From contig CALWZW010000003.1 of NCBI GenBank assembly GCA_944386135.1, positions 19,128-83,127 on the forward strand: a DNA stretch of 64,000 nucleotides, written 5' to 3'. A program made the translations under genes and the position numbers. Origin of the DNA: an uncultured Clostridia bacterium. GTDB taxonomy: Bacteria; Bacillota; Clostridia; TANB77; CAG-508. Every line of letters starts with the position of its first letter. Position 1 is the stretch's first letter. Under the pieces are notes generated by a model. It was not told where the DNA came from, made no database searches, and saw only the letters and a program-made list of their open reading frames with translations. This document shows, piece by piece, positions 31,094 to 42,762 of the stretch.

Positions 31094-32618
31094 TTACTTA
31101 ATAATTACAACTCTTTTTTGCTTTATAAATTTAAAAATATTAAAAGATATAAGTAAAACAATGTAGATACTTATAAAAATTAGAACTTTAAAGATAACAA
31201 AACCTGTATCATACTCGATATAATTATCTATTGCATCAAATAAAAATTTTGTCGCAAGAACAAGTAAGGTTGGAACTACTATGTAAGAAAAATAGTCAAA
31301 TTTGAATTTTGTTACTTTATATAATTGAATTAAACTAATTGTAAAGTTTAAAATTTCGCTAATAGCAATAATTGCAAGATATCCATATATACCATAAATA
31401 GGAACAAGAGTATATATCAAAAGAATAGTTGAAAACAAATCAAATATATTGCAAAACATTACTCCAACTTGCTTATCTAATCCTCTAAGCATCGCATCAA
31501 TAATTTTATCTAAATATATAAGAATAATTAAAGGGCAAAGAATGACCAAGAATTCTGATATATCAAGATTGTTATAAATTAAATAGCATATTTCTTCTGT
31601 GAAAGTTAAAAATATACCAATTATGCAAATACTAAAGAAAGATGTAAATTTAAAAATAAAAGTAATTATTTGATTCATTCTATTAAAATCTTTTTTTATA
31701 TTATATCTTGCAAATTCTGGTATTAGAAGATTTGCACAAGAAGTAATAATTATGCAAGGAAACATAAGAATTGGCATTGTCATACCGTTAATAAGTCCAT
31801 ATTGAGACAATGCTTCATCACATGCAGAAGTATGTTTTTCTAGGCTAAATGGAATTAAGAGTTGTTTTAAAGTAGAAAGACCTGAACGAACATAAGAAGT
31901 GATAGCAACAGGAAAAGAGATTCTTAAAATCCTTCTTAAATAATTACCATTAGACTTAGAGTTAATACCAGATATTTTTCTTCTGTCTATTACATATAAA
32001 ATATAGTTAAATACAAACTCAAAGACAGATGATATAGTTGTTGCAAGTATTAAATAAGTACAAACAATGCTTAAGTTAGATGAAGGTAATGCATATAAAA
32101 AATAACATGTCAAAACTACTTGAAAAATCATTGTTAAACTTCTACTTAAAGAAGTCTTAGAAACTCTTCTAACTCCAGTAAAATATCCGTGTAAGAGAAG
32201 TTGTAAGAGAGTTAAAAGGAAGACTTACTGCCATAAGATATATAGGCATGTTTGTAACTTTACCATGTAAAAGTACAGAAGAAAAGTAAGGAGCAGTAAC
32301 AACAAAAAAGATACAAGCAATTATACCAAAAATTAAGCTATAAACTATGCACTTTCTCATAGCAACTTTAATACCGCCTCCCGAGAATTGCCATCAAGCT
32401 CCTCGGCAACGATTCTAGTTGCAGCAAGACTTATTCCAGAATTTGCAAATGTTATTGCAAAAGTATAAATAGATACAATTAATTCAAAAATTCCGAGAGC
32501 CTTCACTACCAAGTTTATTGGCTACATACACACTAAAAAAGATATTAACACAACTCATAAAAAGAGAAGTAAGTGTTAGAATCATTGTATTAAATAAAAA
32601 AAGTTTTAATCTGCTCAT
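31094..32618 (-). CDS. spoVB: Stage V sporulation protein B-like MOP/MATE-fold flippase; four CGGN +1 steps
   Basis: Polytopic product MSRLKLFLFNT..ANKLGSEGS-G-IFELIVSIY..EELDGNS-G-R-G-IKVAM..SLT-G-YFTGVRR. Extra base at 32495, 32383, 32376 and 32189. Corrected length is 1521 nt. Confidence 0.75.
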
Positions 32619-32706
32619 ATAGTAAATGTATTATATATAAAAAATATTATGATAGAAAAATTGATATAAAAGTAAAGATAATTTTACAAAAAAATCAAAA
32701 ATTTGT

Positions 32707-32735
32707 TTGACAATTATTTGTTTTTATGATATTAT
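32707..32735 (+). promoter_or_regulatory. Sigma-A type promoter upstream of lexA
   Basis: TTGACA (32707-32712), 17-nt spacer, TATTAT (32730-32735). Confidence 0.5.
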
Positions 32736-32756
32736 GATAAAAATAATAAAGGAGTG

Positions 32757-33419
32757 ATGAGTGTGGGGAGAAAGAAAAGTACAGTTGAATTAAATAAAAG
32801 AGAAAAAGCAATACTAAGATTTATTGAAAAGCAAATGGAAAAAGTAGGATATGCGCCTTCTGTTAGAGAAATAGGTAAAGCAGTAGGACTTAAATCTACA
32901 GCAACTGTTCATGGATATTTAGCAAAATTAGAGCAAAAAGGATATATCAAAAAAGAAAATCAAAAAGGTAGAACACTAAGACTATTAAAAGGCGGAAATG
33001 ATGATAAAAAGCAAGAAAAACTAAAAGAATTATATACTTCAAAAGAACTTGTAGAAGTTCCAGTAATAGGAAAAATAACAGCAGGAGCTCCAATTCTTGC
33101 AGTAGAAAATGTAACAGACACTTTCCCAATACCAATCGACTTTGTTGGAAATTCAGAGAGTTTCATGCTTACTGTTAGAGGAGAAAGTATGATAGAAGCA
33201 GGAATATTAGATGGTGATTATATATTAGTCAAAAAGCAAAATACAGCAAATAATGGAGAAATTGTTGTTGCTTTAATAGGCGATGAGGCTACTGTAAAAA
33301 CATTTTATAAAGAAAAAGACCATATAAGACTTCAACCTGAAAACTCTACTATGGACCCAATAATAGTTCCAGATTGTAAAATACTTGGAAAAGTTGCTGG
33401 TGTGTTTAGAAAAATGTAA
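32757..33419 (+). CDS. lexA: LexA repressor
   Basis: wHTH N-terminus ([37 protein letters not shown]), cleavage region [11 protein letters not shown], and S24 peptidase Ser/Lys motifs (RGESM, VKTF). Confidence 0.9.
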   Translation: MSVGRKKSTVELNKREKAILRFIEKQMEKVGYAPSVREIGKAVGLKSTATVHGYLAKLEQKGYIKKENQKGRTLRLLKGGNDDKKQEKLKELYTSKELVEVPVIGKITAGAPILAVENVTDTFPIPIDFVGNSESFMLTVRGESMIEAGILDGDYILVKKQNTANNGEIVVALIGDEATVKTFYKEKDHIRLQPENSTMDPIIVPDCKILGKVAGVFRKM

Positions 33420-33455
33420 AGTTAGATATATAAATGGAGTGTAGTTGCATACACT

Positions 33456-33480
33456 CCATTTTAGATGCGTCCTCATTGGC
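33456..33480 (-). repeat. 25-nt motif gccaatgaggacgcatctaaaatgg (copy 2, inverted)
   Basis: Reverse complement of the plus-strand sequence ccattttagatgcgtcctcattggc. One mismatch to copy 1. Confidence 0.7.
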
Positions 33481-33575
33481 AGAACTTCTTATATTCTATT
33501 GTTAATTTTACTTTTTTATGATATGATAATAAGATAAAAAAGAAGGGTAGATGCAATTTTGAGGGGGCCTTATTA

Positions 33576-35440
33576 ATGGCAAAAATTTTAGACAGAATCA
33601 ATTCAACAGAAGATTTAAAAAAATTAACACTAAAAGAGAAAAAAGAGCTCGCTGAAGATATAAGAGAATTGATAATAAATACAGTATCAAAGACAGGGGG
33701 ACATCTGGCATCCAACTTAGGAGTCGTTGAACTAACAATTGCAATTCATAGTATTTTTAATTCACCAACGGACAAAATAATTTGGGATGTACGGACATCA
33801 AAGCTATGTTCATAAAATATTAACTGGCAGAAAAGATAAAATGCCTACACTAAGACAGTTTGGAGGAATAGCTGGATTTCCAAGAAATACTGAATCAGAA
33901 TGTGATAGCTTTGATACAGGACATAGTAGTACATCAATATCAGTAGCACTAGGAATGGCAACTGCAAGAGATTTAAAAAAAGAAAAAGAGTACATAATAG
34001 CAGTTATAGGAGATCGGAGCATTAACAGGAGGAATGGCATTAGAGGCATTAAATCATGCAGGAGCAATGAAAACGAATTTAATAGTAATTCTTAACGATA
34101 ATGAAATGAGCATATCTAAGAATGTTGGAGGAATTTCGATGTTCTTAAGCAAAGCGAGGACAAGGAAATTCTATACGGAGTCAAATAAGTACATAAAGAA
34201 AGTAGTAAATATGCTTCCTAGTGGAGGAAATTGGATTATACGATTTATAAGAAAGATAAAATACAGTATAAAGCAATGGCTAATACCCAATATGCTTTTT
34301 GAGGATATTGGCTTTAGATACTTAGGACCAATTGATGGACATGATATAGAAAAATTAGAAAGTATATTAAAAACAAGCAAAGATTTAGAAGGACCAGTAT
34401 TAATACATGTAGTTACCAAAAAGGGAAAAGGCTACAAGCCAGCAGAGGAAAATCCTGATAAATTCCATAGTGCATCAAATTTTGATATAGAAACAGGAAT
34501 AAGTAAGAAAGAAAAAACGATAGATTACTCAAAAGTATTTGGAGAGAAATTAATAGAACTTGCAAGAAAAAATGAAAAAATAGTTGCAATTACAGCAGCG
34601 ATGAAGGATGGAACAGGACTTTCTGAATTTGCAAAAGAATTTCCTAATAGATTCTTTGATGTAGGAATTGCTGAACAGCATGCTATAGGATTTGCAGCAG
34701 GACTTGCTAAAAATGGAATGACACCGGTAGTTCCAATATATTCATCATTTTATCAAAGAAGTTTTGATCAAGTAATACATGATGTATGTATTCAAAATCT
34801 AGGAATAGTTATGTGTGTAGATAGAGCAGGAATTGTTGGAAATGACGGAGAAACACATCAAGGAGTATTTGACTTATCTTTTTTCTCTATAATACCAAAT
34901 ATTGTAATAATGGCACCAAAAGATTTTTATGAATTAAAGACTATGCTAGAATATGCAGTTACACTAAAAAAACCAGTAGTTATTAGATACCCAAGAGGAG
35001 GAGAAGGAAAAATAAAATTTGATATTCATGAGAAATTAAAGCTTGGACAAGCGGAAGTTTTAAAGACAGGAAATGATATTACAATAATTGCTATTGGTAA
35101 AATGGTAGAAAGAGGAATAGAAATTGCAAATTTATTAGAAGAACAAGGGAAAAGTGTAGAAGTTATAAATGTTAGATTTTTAAAGCCAATTGATAAGCAA
35201 ACAATATTAGAATCAATTAAAAAAACAAAAAATGTAGTCACTATAGAAGATAACATTATAAAAGGTGGCTTAGGAAGTAGAGTGGCAGAACTAATAAACG
35301 AAGAAAATATAAAAAACACAAAATTTAAGAAATATGGATATCCAGATGAATTTATTAAACATGGAAGTATTTCAGAGATAGAGAAAAAATATGGACTAGA
35401 TGCAGAAAGCATAGTAAAAGATATAAATGATAGATTTTAA
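33576..35440 (+). CDS. dxs: 1-deoxy-D-xylulose-5-phosphate synthase; two CGGN +1 steps
   Basis: [14 protein letters not shown], then [17 protein letters not shown], and the ThDP motif [19 protein letters not shown]. Extra C at 33792 and 34015. Corrected length is 1863 nt. Confidence 0.9.
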
Positions 35441-35444
35441 GATT

Positions 35445-35474
35445 AAAAGACTCAAGATTTTTCTTGAGTCTTTT
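35445..35474. terminator. Bidirectional rho-independent terminator between the convergent dxs and Lon-like genes
   Basis: aaaagactcaaga ttttt tcttgagtctttt, with an A-run upstream and a T-run downstream. Confidence 0.8.
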
Positions 35475-35481
35475 AATTTAT

Positions 35482-37877
35482 TTAGATGTTTCTACTTATA
35501 CTTGCATATTTCTTTAATTTTTCATAAACTAGATAATTTATAGTACCTGCAGGGAAGTTTCCATATTTGTCTTTCTTACCAGCAGGAACTCCAGTTAAAA
35601 CTTCAATTCCTTCTTCAATAGTCGATACAGCGTAAATGTGGAATAAACCAGATTTTACAGCCTGAACAACTTCATCACTTAAATTCAAATTTTTAATGTT
35701 CTGTACAGGAATTAATACTCCATGACTTCCATCTAAACCTCTCATTTTACAAATATGATAAAATCCTTCAATTTTCTCATTTACTCCACCAATTGGCTGA
35801 ATTTCACCTTTTTGGTTTACAGAGCCTGTGACTGCAATAGCCTGATTTATTGGAACTTCAGACAAACTTGAAAGTAAAGCATAAAGTTCTGTACTTGAAG
35901 CACTATCACCATCAACACCATTATATAACTGCTCAAAACAAATACTTGCTGAAAGAGAAAGAGGTATATCTTGAGCAAATAATTCACCAATGTATCCACT
36001 AAGAATTAGTACACCTTTTGAATGAGAAGAACCTGAAAGTTCAACTTCACGTTCTATATTTATAATTCCAGATTTACCTGTAAATGTATTTACTGTTATT
36101 TTAGCAGGTTTTCCAAAACTATAATCTCCAACACTCATAATAGTTAAACCATTTATCTGTCCAACTTGATAACCAGAAGTATTAATCAAAAGAGTATTAT
36201 CTTTTATCATTTCAGAATATCTTTCATCATACTTCTTAACTCTTTGAATTTTTTCATCTATTGCTTTATTTACAAAATTTTCAGTTACAACTTTAGAACG
36301 AGAAAGAGTTGCCCAAGTTGCAGCCTCAGTTACAATTTGTGATAAATCATTAAATCTTGTAGAAAGTTTAGTTTGGTCATTAGCAAGACGAGAAGCATAT
36401 TCAATCATTCTTGCAACGGCATTCTTATCTAAATGAGGTAAATTTTCCTTTTCACAGAAAGAATGAATGAATCTTGCAAGTTTTTGAATATTTTCGTCAG
36501 TTCTTGGCGCATCATCTGCAAATTCAACTTTGATTTTGAATAATTTTCTAAAATCAGGGTCCATATTTAATAATGTATTATATATACTTGCATTACCAAT
36601 TATAATAACTTTTAAATCAAGAGGAATAGGCTCAGGTTTTAAAGAAACCATAACCATTGCAGCTCTTTGCTCTAAACTATTGTCTATACTAATTTCCTTT
36701 ACACGCAAAACTCTCTTTAAATTTTCATAGCATAGAGGATTTGTAAGCAAATCTTCTGCTTGGAAAATTATATATCCACCATTAGCTTTGTGTAATAATC
36801 CAGATTTAAGCATTGTATAATCTGTTTTTAAACTTCCCATATAATTTTCATATTCTAGCTTTCCAAAAATATTTTGGAAAGTGTAGTTTGAATCCATTAT
36901 GACAGGAGCACCTTCTAGTTTGCTGTTATCTACAAAAAGATTAACCCTATAATTTAACCAAGGTTTAGCTTGCTCTCTATGAGAACCTTGTATTTGAGGT
37001 TGAGAAGGCGCTTGAGGAGAAGAAGGTTCCAAAAATAAAGATACATTTTTCATAATATCTTTTTTTATATTATCCAAAAATTGAGAAATCTTTTTATTTC
37101 TTTTATATTTTGATTTAATATAATTAATATGAACATTAACAGTAAGAAGAGAAATATTAGATTGCCATTCTTGAATCTTCTTTTCAGATTGTTTCTCTAT
37201 TAATTTTATCTCTGAAATAGTGTTCATTATTTGTTCTTGAACGATACTAGATTTATCCTCGAATTGTTGCTTTATACTATCATCTAACTTATTAAATTCT
37301 TCCTCTTCAAGAGTTCTGCCTTCGTAAATTGGCATCATGTAAATACCGGTTTTGAGCAGTTTTTACTTCAAAACCATGTTTCATAGATTCTTTATTTAGC
37401 TTCTCTAAAAGAATACTTCTTTTTTGTTCATATTCTTGCTTAATAAGTGCTTTTTCCTTTTCAAAATCTTCATTATTAAAAGTCTTATTAATGTCTGCTC
37501 TAACATCTTTTATAAAACTATTCATTGTTTCCTGAAATTCTATTCCTTGTCCAGCAGGAAGGGGAAGAGCAATAGGTTCATTTGGATTATCAAAATTATA
37601 TAAATAGCACCAGTCACAAGGCACTTTTTTCTTTTTGGAAATTTTGTCTAAATAATTTTTTGTGTACATAGTTTTTCCTACGCCACTAGGACCTTCGACA
37701 TAAAGGTTATACCCATTAACATCTACATTTAAGCCAAATTCGAGAGCAACAATTCCGTCTTTCTTGACCAATTCCTTTATCAGTTGGTTCTAACTCAGCC
37801 GTAGTTTCAAAATTGAATTTTGAGGTTGAACAATAATTCTTTAAATCTTTATAACTTAATTCATTTTTCTTTTGCAT
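35482..37877 (-). CDS. Lon-related ATP-dependent protease (LonB/LonC-like, COG1067 type); two CGGN +1 steps
   Basis: GIGQER-G-IVALEFG, Walker A GPSGVGKT, and a C-terminal Lon protease domain (GDSASSTELYALLS..VTGSVNQKGEIQPIGGVNEKIE). Extra base at 37757 and 37348. Corrected length is 2394 nt. Confidence 0.8.
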
Positions 37878-37943
37878 CGTGAGTTCCTTTCTAAAATTAA
37901 AATTTTGCTTTTGTTGATATGTAAATTAAAAACCAATTCCTTA

Positions 37944-38375
37944 TTAATTAAAATATTTAGTCATAATGTACGCATCAAATTTATTGTCATAATATTTTTT
38001 TCTAACACCTAAGATTTCAAAACCATATTTTTTATATAAGTTAATTGCAGGAAGATTTTCAGTATTTACTTCTAATGTTATTAGAACTGAAGCTTCCTCT
38101 TTTGCTCTATTTATCAAGCTCTCTAAAAGCTTTGAACCAACTCCGTTTTTTCTTTTATCAATTCTAGTTGCGATATTTGTAATATGAGCTTCGTCTAAAA
38201 GAAATTTAAGTCCTGCAAAACCTATAATCTCATTTTGGAATCTGGCAACAATATAATAAGAACTATCACTTAAAATTTCATCCTTCAAAATACTTTCTGT
38301 CCAAAAATCATCGAAATTTTTTAAATCAATAAGTTCTAAATCTTCAATCTTCATTTTTTCTAAAGATATTTCCAT
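37944..38375 (-). CDS. rimI: Ribosomal-protein-alanine N-acetyltransferase
   Basis: GNAT fold with the acetyl-CoA motif RKNGVGSKLLESLI. Sits in the conserved tsaE-tsaB-rimI arrangement. Confidence 0.8.
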   Translation of the reverse strand: MEISLEKMKIEDLELIDLKNFDDFWTESILKDEILSDSSYYIVARFQNEIIGFAGLKFLLDEAHITNIATRIDKRKNGVGSKLLESLINRAKEEASVLITLEVNTENLPAINLYKKYGFEILGVRKKYYDNKFDAYIMTKYFN

Positions 38376-39068
38376 TAAGATTTTGCCTCCAATGTTTCTT
38401 CAGCACTAGACTTTTTTAAGTAAAGAGCAGAAAGATTTTTAGAAGTTAAAGTTTCTCCTCTTAAAAACTTATCAAACGCTGCAATTCCAACATATTTAGA
38501 CGATACTAAGGTGTCATTTTCAAAAAAAATATCATTTTTCATGTATGATTTTATCACATCTTTATAAAGTATGCCACAATTTCCAACAAAAAATATCTTT
38601 TTTTTCAAACTACCTAAAACTAACAATAAGTTGTCAATTGTGTCAAACATAAAATCGTTAAATTTAGTATAATTATTACCATTTTTTTCAAAAATTGAAG
38701 CATAAACATTAGAATGTTTTGCATCTATTAATGAACAGATATAGCAGTTATCTTCATTTGAAGTATATGCCAAAGCCTCTAAAGAAGAAACAGCAACTAT
38801 TGGTTTGTTTTTAACATCTGAGAAGGCCTTTACAGTAGAAAGCCCAATTCTGATACCGGTAAAAGAACCGTGGACCATTATCTACTGCAAATAAATCAAT
38901 ATAATCTAGAGATAAATTAGTTTCTTTCAAAATTTTATCAATTAAAGGCATTAATGCTTCTGAATGATTTTTAACAGAAATTTCTTTTAATTCTAATATC
39001 AAGTTTCTATCTTCTAAAATAGACACAGAAGCAATGTCGCATGAAGTTTCAATAGCTAAAATTTTCAT
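38375..39068 (-). CDS. tsaB: tRNA t6A37 biosynthesis protein TsaB; one CGGN +1 step
   Basis: MKILAIETSCD, then VDNGP-G-SFTGIRIG, the family signature. Extra base at 38870. Corrected length is 693 nt. Confidence 0.85.
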
Positions 39069-39099
39069 ATAAATATTCCTTTCTAAAAAATGTAAGTAG

Positions 39100-39520
39100 C
39101 TACCTTATAGTTATAATTCTGACATTTTCGTCAGAACTATCTTTTTCAAAATCTATAAAAATAGTATTTGGAGGAAGAGCTGACTTAATTATATCGCCCC
39201 ATTCAATTATACAAAGACCTTTCCCGAAATACTCATCTCCACCTATATCAAAGAAATCATCTTCGTTATTTAATCTATAAACATCAAAGTGATATATTGA
39301 GATATTATTGTTTTTGTATTCATTAACAATGGTAAAAGTAGGACTAGAAATTTCATTTTCAAGTCCGAAAAATTCCAAAATACCTTGAGTAAACTTTGTC
39401 TTACCTGAACCTAAATCTCCGATTTAAAACTATTATATCATTTGCCGTTAATTCTCTCGCAAAAGCTTTTGCAAACGATATTGTATCATTCTCACTTTTT
39501 GATATGTATTTTTTCATCAT
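39100..39520 (-). CDS. tsaE: tRNA t6A37 biosynthesis ATPase TsaE; one CGGN +1 step
   Basis: IIVLN-G-DLGSGKTKFTQG (P-loop) and SPTFTIVNEY. Extra base at 39421. Corrected length is 420 nt. Confidence 0.85.
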
Positions 39521-39720
39521 TTACCCCTTAAAACAACAATATTAAACAAATATTTACAAGTATATCACAAGATAGGCAAAAAGTAAACGAAAAGACTACT
39601 TAAATCAAGCAATTTATATTAAAATGTCAAGTTTTATTAATAAAGAAAGTTGAATAAATTATTATTTAATGTTATACTATATAAATGTAAAATACATGAC
39701 TTTGTGCATGGAGGTTTGAA

Positions 39721-40581
39721 ATGATTAATTTTCTAAAAGGAATTGTTGTTGGAATTGGCGGAATAGCCCCAGGGTTAAGTGGAAGTGTTTTGCTAGTTAT
39801 TTTGGGATTATATCAAAAAACAATATCAGCAATAGGAACATTATTTAAAGAATTTAAAAAGAATGTGAAATTCTTATTACCATTAGTTTTAGGCTTTGGA
39901 GTAGGAGTAGTGATATTTAGTAAAATAGTAGACTTTTTGCTAAATAGTTATGAAATGTATACGAGATTTGCTTTTCTTGGTTTAGTACTAGGAACAATAC
40001 CTCTATTTTATAAAGAGGTAAAAAAAGAAGGATTTAGCAAGAAATATTACATATTTATGGCTGTGTCATTTATAATAGGACTTAGCATATTTTTCTTTAA
40101 TCAAAATTTATTCCCAGCAATAACTAACCCTAATATAATTCAATCAGTATTTTTAGGTGTTGCAGTTGCTGGATCTTCAATAGTACCAGGAGTGGACAGT
40201 GCAGTTATTTTATCATCATTAGGACTATATGAACTATATGTAAGCTCGATTGCAAATTTTGACCTAGCTGTTTTAATACCAGCAGGATTTGGATTAGTAA
40301 TTGGCGTATTATTAATTTCATTTATAATGAATAAACTAATAAGCAAATTCTATACAGGAACTTTCTCAATAATATTTGGACTATTTTTATCAATTATTCC
40401 AAATGTATTGAATGAAAGTTGTGTAATTGGTTTCAATGTGAATACATTAATTTCATTTATGATTTTAATAATTGGTTTCACAGTATCGTATTTCTTGGGA
40501 AATATCGAGGGTAATACTGAAAAATTAAAAAAGATATGGAATAAAATAAAAAGAATAAAAGCACCAGAAGTAGTCAAATAA
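39721..40581 (+). CDS. DUF368-family membrane protein (putative undecaprenyl-phosphate translocase)
   Basis: MINFLKGIVVGIGGIAPGLSGSVLLVILGLY, with a second GSSIVPGVDSA repeat typical of DUF368. Confidence 0.7.
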   Translation: MINFLKGIVVGIGGIAPGLSGSVLLVILGLYQKTISAIGTLFKEFKKNVKFLLPLVLGFGVGVVIFSKIVDFLLNSYEMYTRFAFLGLVLGTIPLFYKEVKKEGFSKKYYIFMAVSFIIGLSIFFFNQNLFPAITNPNIIQSVFLGVAVAGSSIVPGVDSAVILSSLGLYELYVSSIANFDLAVLIPAGFGLVIGVLLISFIMNKLISKFYTGTFSIIFGLFLSIIPNVLNESCVIGFNVNTLISFMILIIGFTVSYFLGNIEGNTEKLKKIWNKIKRIKAPEVVK

Positions 40582-40713
40582 AAATAAATTTCATAAATAG
40601 TTGAAATGTTATGTAAAGCATGATAAAATATAGTTATAAGTACGTTGAAACTGACAAGTTAACAACTTGAAAGTTTCTAAAATCTCTAGAAAGTTTTTCA
40701 AGGAGGTTAGAAC

Positions 40714-40959
40714 ATGGTAAAGGCAGGAGATAAGTATCCAGAGAAGTTCTATTGGGGAGTCTCTGAGATACATCATTCAGTAATATTGGATGATGAACGG
40801 AAATTCTTTCTGAACGAAGTTGTAACGATCACGACGAAGACAGGTAGAAAGGTAAGAGGCAGAATAGATTGTATTAGCGAGCTGTCTGTTGACATCGTGA
40901 GGCGCCATCAGGACGACACAACAGTAAAACTGAAAGATATCCTGGAAATCTCCTATTAA
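40714..40959 (+). CDS. Hypothetical 81-aa protein with atypically high GC and foreign codon usage
   Basis: Strong RBS aaggagg, intact ORF, and a GC-rich terminator directly downstream. Uses CTG, CGC, ACG and GAC codons. Carries the only in-frame CGG (40798-40800) that does not behave as a shift site. Confidence 0.55.
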   Translation: MVKAGDKYPEKFYWGVSEIHHSVILDDERKFFLNEVVTITTKTGRKVRGRIDCISELSVDIVRRHQDDTTVKLKDILEISY

Positions 40960-40986
40960 CCCAGACCAAAGAAACCAAGAGTTTCT

Positions 40987-41012
40987 CCCCACCGAAAGGT
41001 GGGGCTTTTTTT
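40987..41012. terminator. GC-rich rho-independent terminator
   Basis: ccccacc gaaa ggtgggg c ttttttt. Confidence 0.85.
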
Positions 41013-41019
41013 GTGATGT

Positions 41020-41919
41020 TTATAATCTAATAATCTTCTCTATAATTTCCATATCTTCTATCTTATTAATTCCAAAACATTTCTTTCCTAAATCTTTTAT
41101 AGAAGCACCTAAATGATACATTTCTTTGTTATCTATAACAATAAATCTATCGTGAAATTTATTCGTTTTAGCAACTTTTAAGATAGGATATTCTTTATTG
41201 AATTTTTTTATATCCAAATTTTCAATATTGCTTTTGTCTGATGTTAGTATAACAACTTCAACATTATTTTTCTTTTTAGCTAGCATTTTTAAAATACTGT
41301 CATCGATATAATTGTTTATAATTAAAATTTTCTTATTTGCTCTCTTTATAATATCTACAATTAAGCTATATGCATCATAGATTTGACCATCAAAAAATAT
41401 TCTCTGTTTAATGTTTTCTTCTAGTTGAAGTTGATTAAAGACTTCATCAAATTTTTTATCATGATCTAATAATTTATATTCCATAATTGTTAATCTTTCA
41501 AATACTTGACCATTTAGCATTAAGAATTTTCTCATTTCGACAAATGCTCTCATTATATTAACACTAACTTTTACAGCAATTTCATTCTTTAACACTCCAG
41601 ATAGCATTGAGATTCCTTGTTCAGTAAAAACATATGGTACATACTTTCTTGTTACGTCTCCATTGTTAACTTTTTTATTTAAGGTTCCAAATTGGAACCT
41701 TAAATTTTGAAATTCCGCTTCAGTCAATTGAAAGCAAAAGTCTTCTGGAAATCTATCTATATTTCTTTTTACGGCTTTATTTATATTTTTAGTTGTATAA
41801 TGATACAACATTGCTACATCACTATCTAGCATAACTTGCTTTCCTCTTATTGTATATATTAAATTTTTTATTTCTTCATTAGATATTTCATTTTGAATTG
41901 ATAATTTGTTTTCTTCCAT
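41020..41919 (-). CDS. ORF6N/KilA-N-like domain protein (mobile-element associated)
   Basis: IYTIRGKQVMLDSDVAMLY..NKAVKRNIDRFPEDFCFQLT is the ORF6N signature. The C-terminal FHDRFIVID...YHLGASIKDLGKK module is typical of this family. Start set at MEENK, after an RBS. Confidence 0.65.
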   Translation of the reverse strand: MEENKLSIQNEISNEEIKNLIYTIRGKQVMLDSDVAMLYHYTTKNINKAVKRNIDRFPEDFCFQLTEAEFQNLRFQFGTLNKKVNNGDVTRKYVPYVFTEQGISMLSGVLKNEIAVKVSVNIMRAFVEMRKFLMLNGQVFERLTIMEYKLLDHDKKFDEVFNQLQLEENIKQRIFFDGQIYDAYSLIVDIIKRANKKILIINNYIDDSILKMLAKKKNNVEVVILTSDKSNIENLDIKKFNKEYPILKVAKTNKFHDRFIVIDNKEMYHLGASIKDLGKKCFGINKIEDMEIIEKIIRL

Positions 41920-42187
41920 AAATTCACATCCTTGCATTAGATTAGCAACATTACAAAACAAACGTTTGCAATTGTCAAGCGATTTATCCAAATTTATACA
42001 TCTCTTTTTTATCATATTTAGTTTATATATAAGAAAAGTGGCTTCGCTACATGTGAAATAATTGTGAAGCAATTATTTCACAGACTAATGTAACTTAACC
42101 TTATTGTATAGGAAATTTTTAAAGTTTATTTTCCTATACAATAAAAAAACAACCTATAAACCTTGTAGTTTGTAAGTTGTTATAATT

Positions 42188-42261
<74 letters not shown>

Positions 42262-42275
42262 AAAAGATATAAACT

Positions 42276-42306
42276 ATTATATCACAAGAAATATAAATAG
42301 TCTATA
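42276..42306 (-). promoter_or_regulatory. Extended -10 promoter for the atypical tRNA
   Basis: The minus strand reads tagact-17nt-(tga)tataat, ending 14 nt upstream of the mature 5' end. Confidence 0.45.
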
Positions 42307-42341
42307 ATAACAAAAAAGTTTTTATTTTTTTCAATAAAGTG

Positions 42342-42371
42342 TTGACATTTAAAAATAAAATATAGTATAAT
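42342..42371 (+). promoter_or_regulatory. Sigma-A promoter for tRNA-Leu
   Basis: TTGACA (42342-42347), 18-nt spacer, TATAAT (42366-42371). Confidence 0.55.
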
Positions 42372-42393
42372 AATCGTTGTCAGTTAAATAAAT

Positions 42394-42482
42394 GCAGCTG
42401 TGGCGGAACTGGCAGACGCACAGGACTTAAAATCCTGCGGGAGTTAAATCCCGTATCGGTTCGATTCCGATCAGCTGCACCA
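42394..42482 (+). tRNA. tRNA-Leu (anticodon UAA), class II with long variable arm
   Basis: gcagctg..ggcagacgc..caggacttaaaatcctg (loop CTTAAAA), variable arm cgggagttaaatcccgt, T arm atcggttcgattccgat, CCA encoded. Confidence 0.9.
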
Positions 42483-42570
42483 ATCCAATGACATTTCTGG
42501 TCAAATCAATAGAACAGAATATATAAAAAATCAATCAGAAAATAAAATCTGATTGATTTTTTTGTATAAA

Positions 42571-42762
42571 CTATTTGTTATCAAAAAGCAATTTAAATCC
42601 CCATAAACCGGAAAGACCAACTAATGAATATATTATTCTACTAACAACTGACATTGTTCCAAATAATGTATCAACTAAATTAAAATTAAATAATCCAATT
42701 AGGCCCCAATTAATAGCACCAATTATAATTAGCACTAATGCTATTGTATCTATAACTTTCAT
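42571..42762 (-). CDS. DUF378-family small membrane protein
   Basis: IALVLIIIGAINWGLIGLFNFNLV signature. Confidence 0.7.
   Translation of the reverse strand: MKVIDTIALVLIIIGAINWGLIGLFNFNLVDTLFGTMSVVSRIIYSLVGLSGLWGFKLLFDNK

Noticed and set aside
32620-32756. LexA/Cheo SOS box (GAAC-N4-GTTC) in the lexA promoter
   Set aside because: Only a direct repeat atttgttt and the promoter hexamers are visible. No convincing palindromic GAAC/GTTC box was found by eye.
42100-42150. The hairpin ttattgtatagga...tcctatacaataa as a terminator for the atypical tRNA
   Set aside because: The T-run is on the wrong side of the stem for the minus-strand transcript, and the stem is followed by an A-run on the plus strand. 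Its function is unclear, so it is not called.
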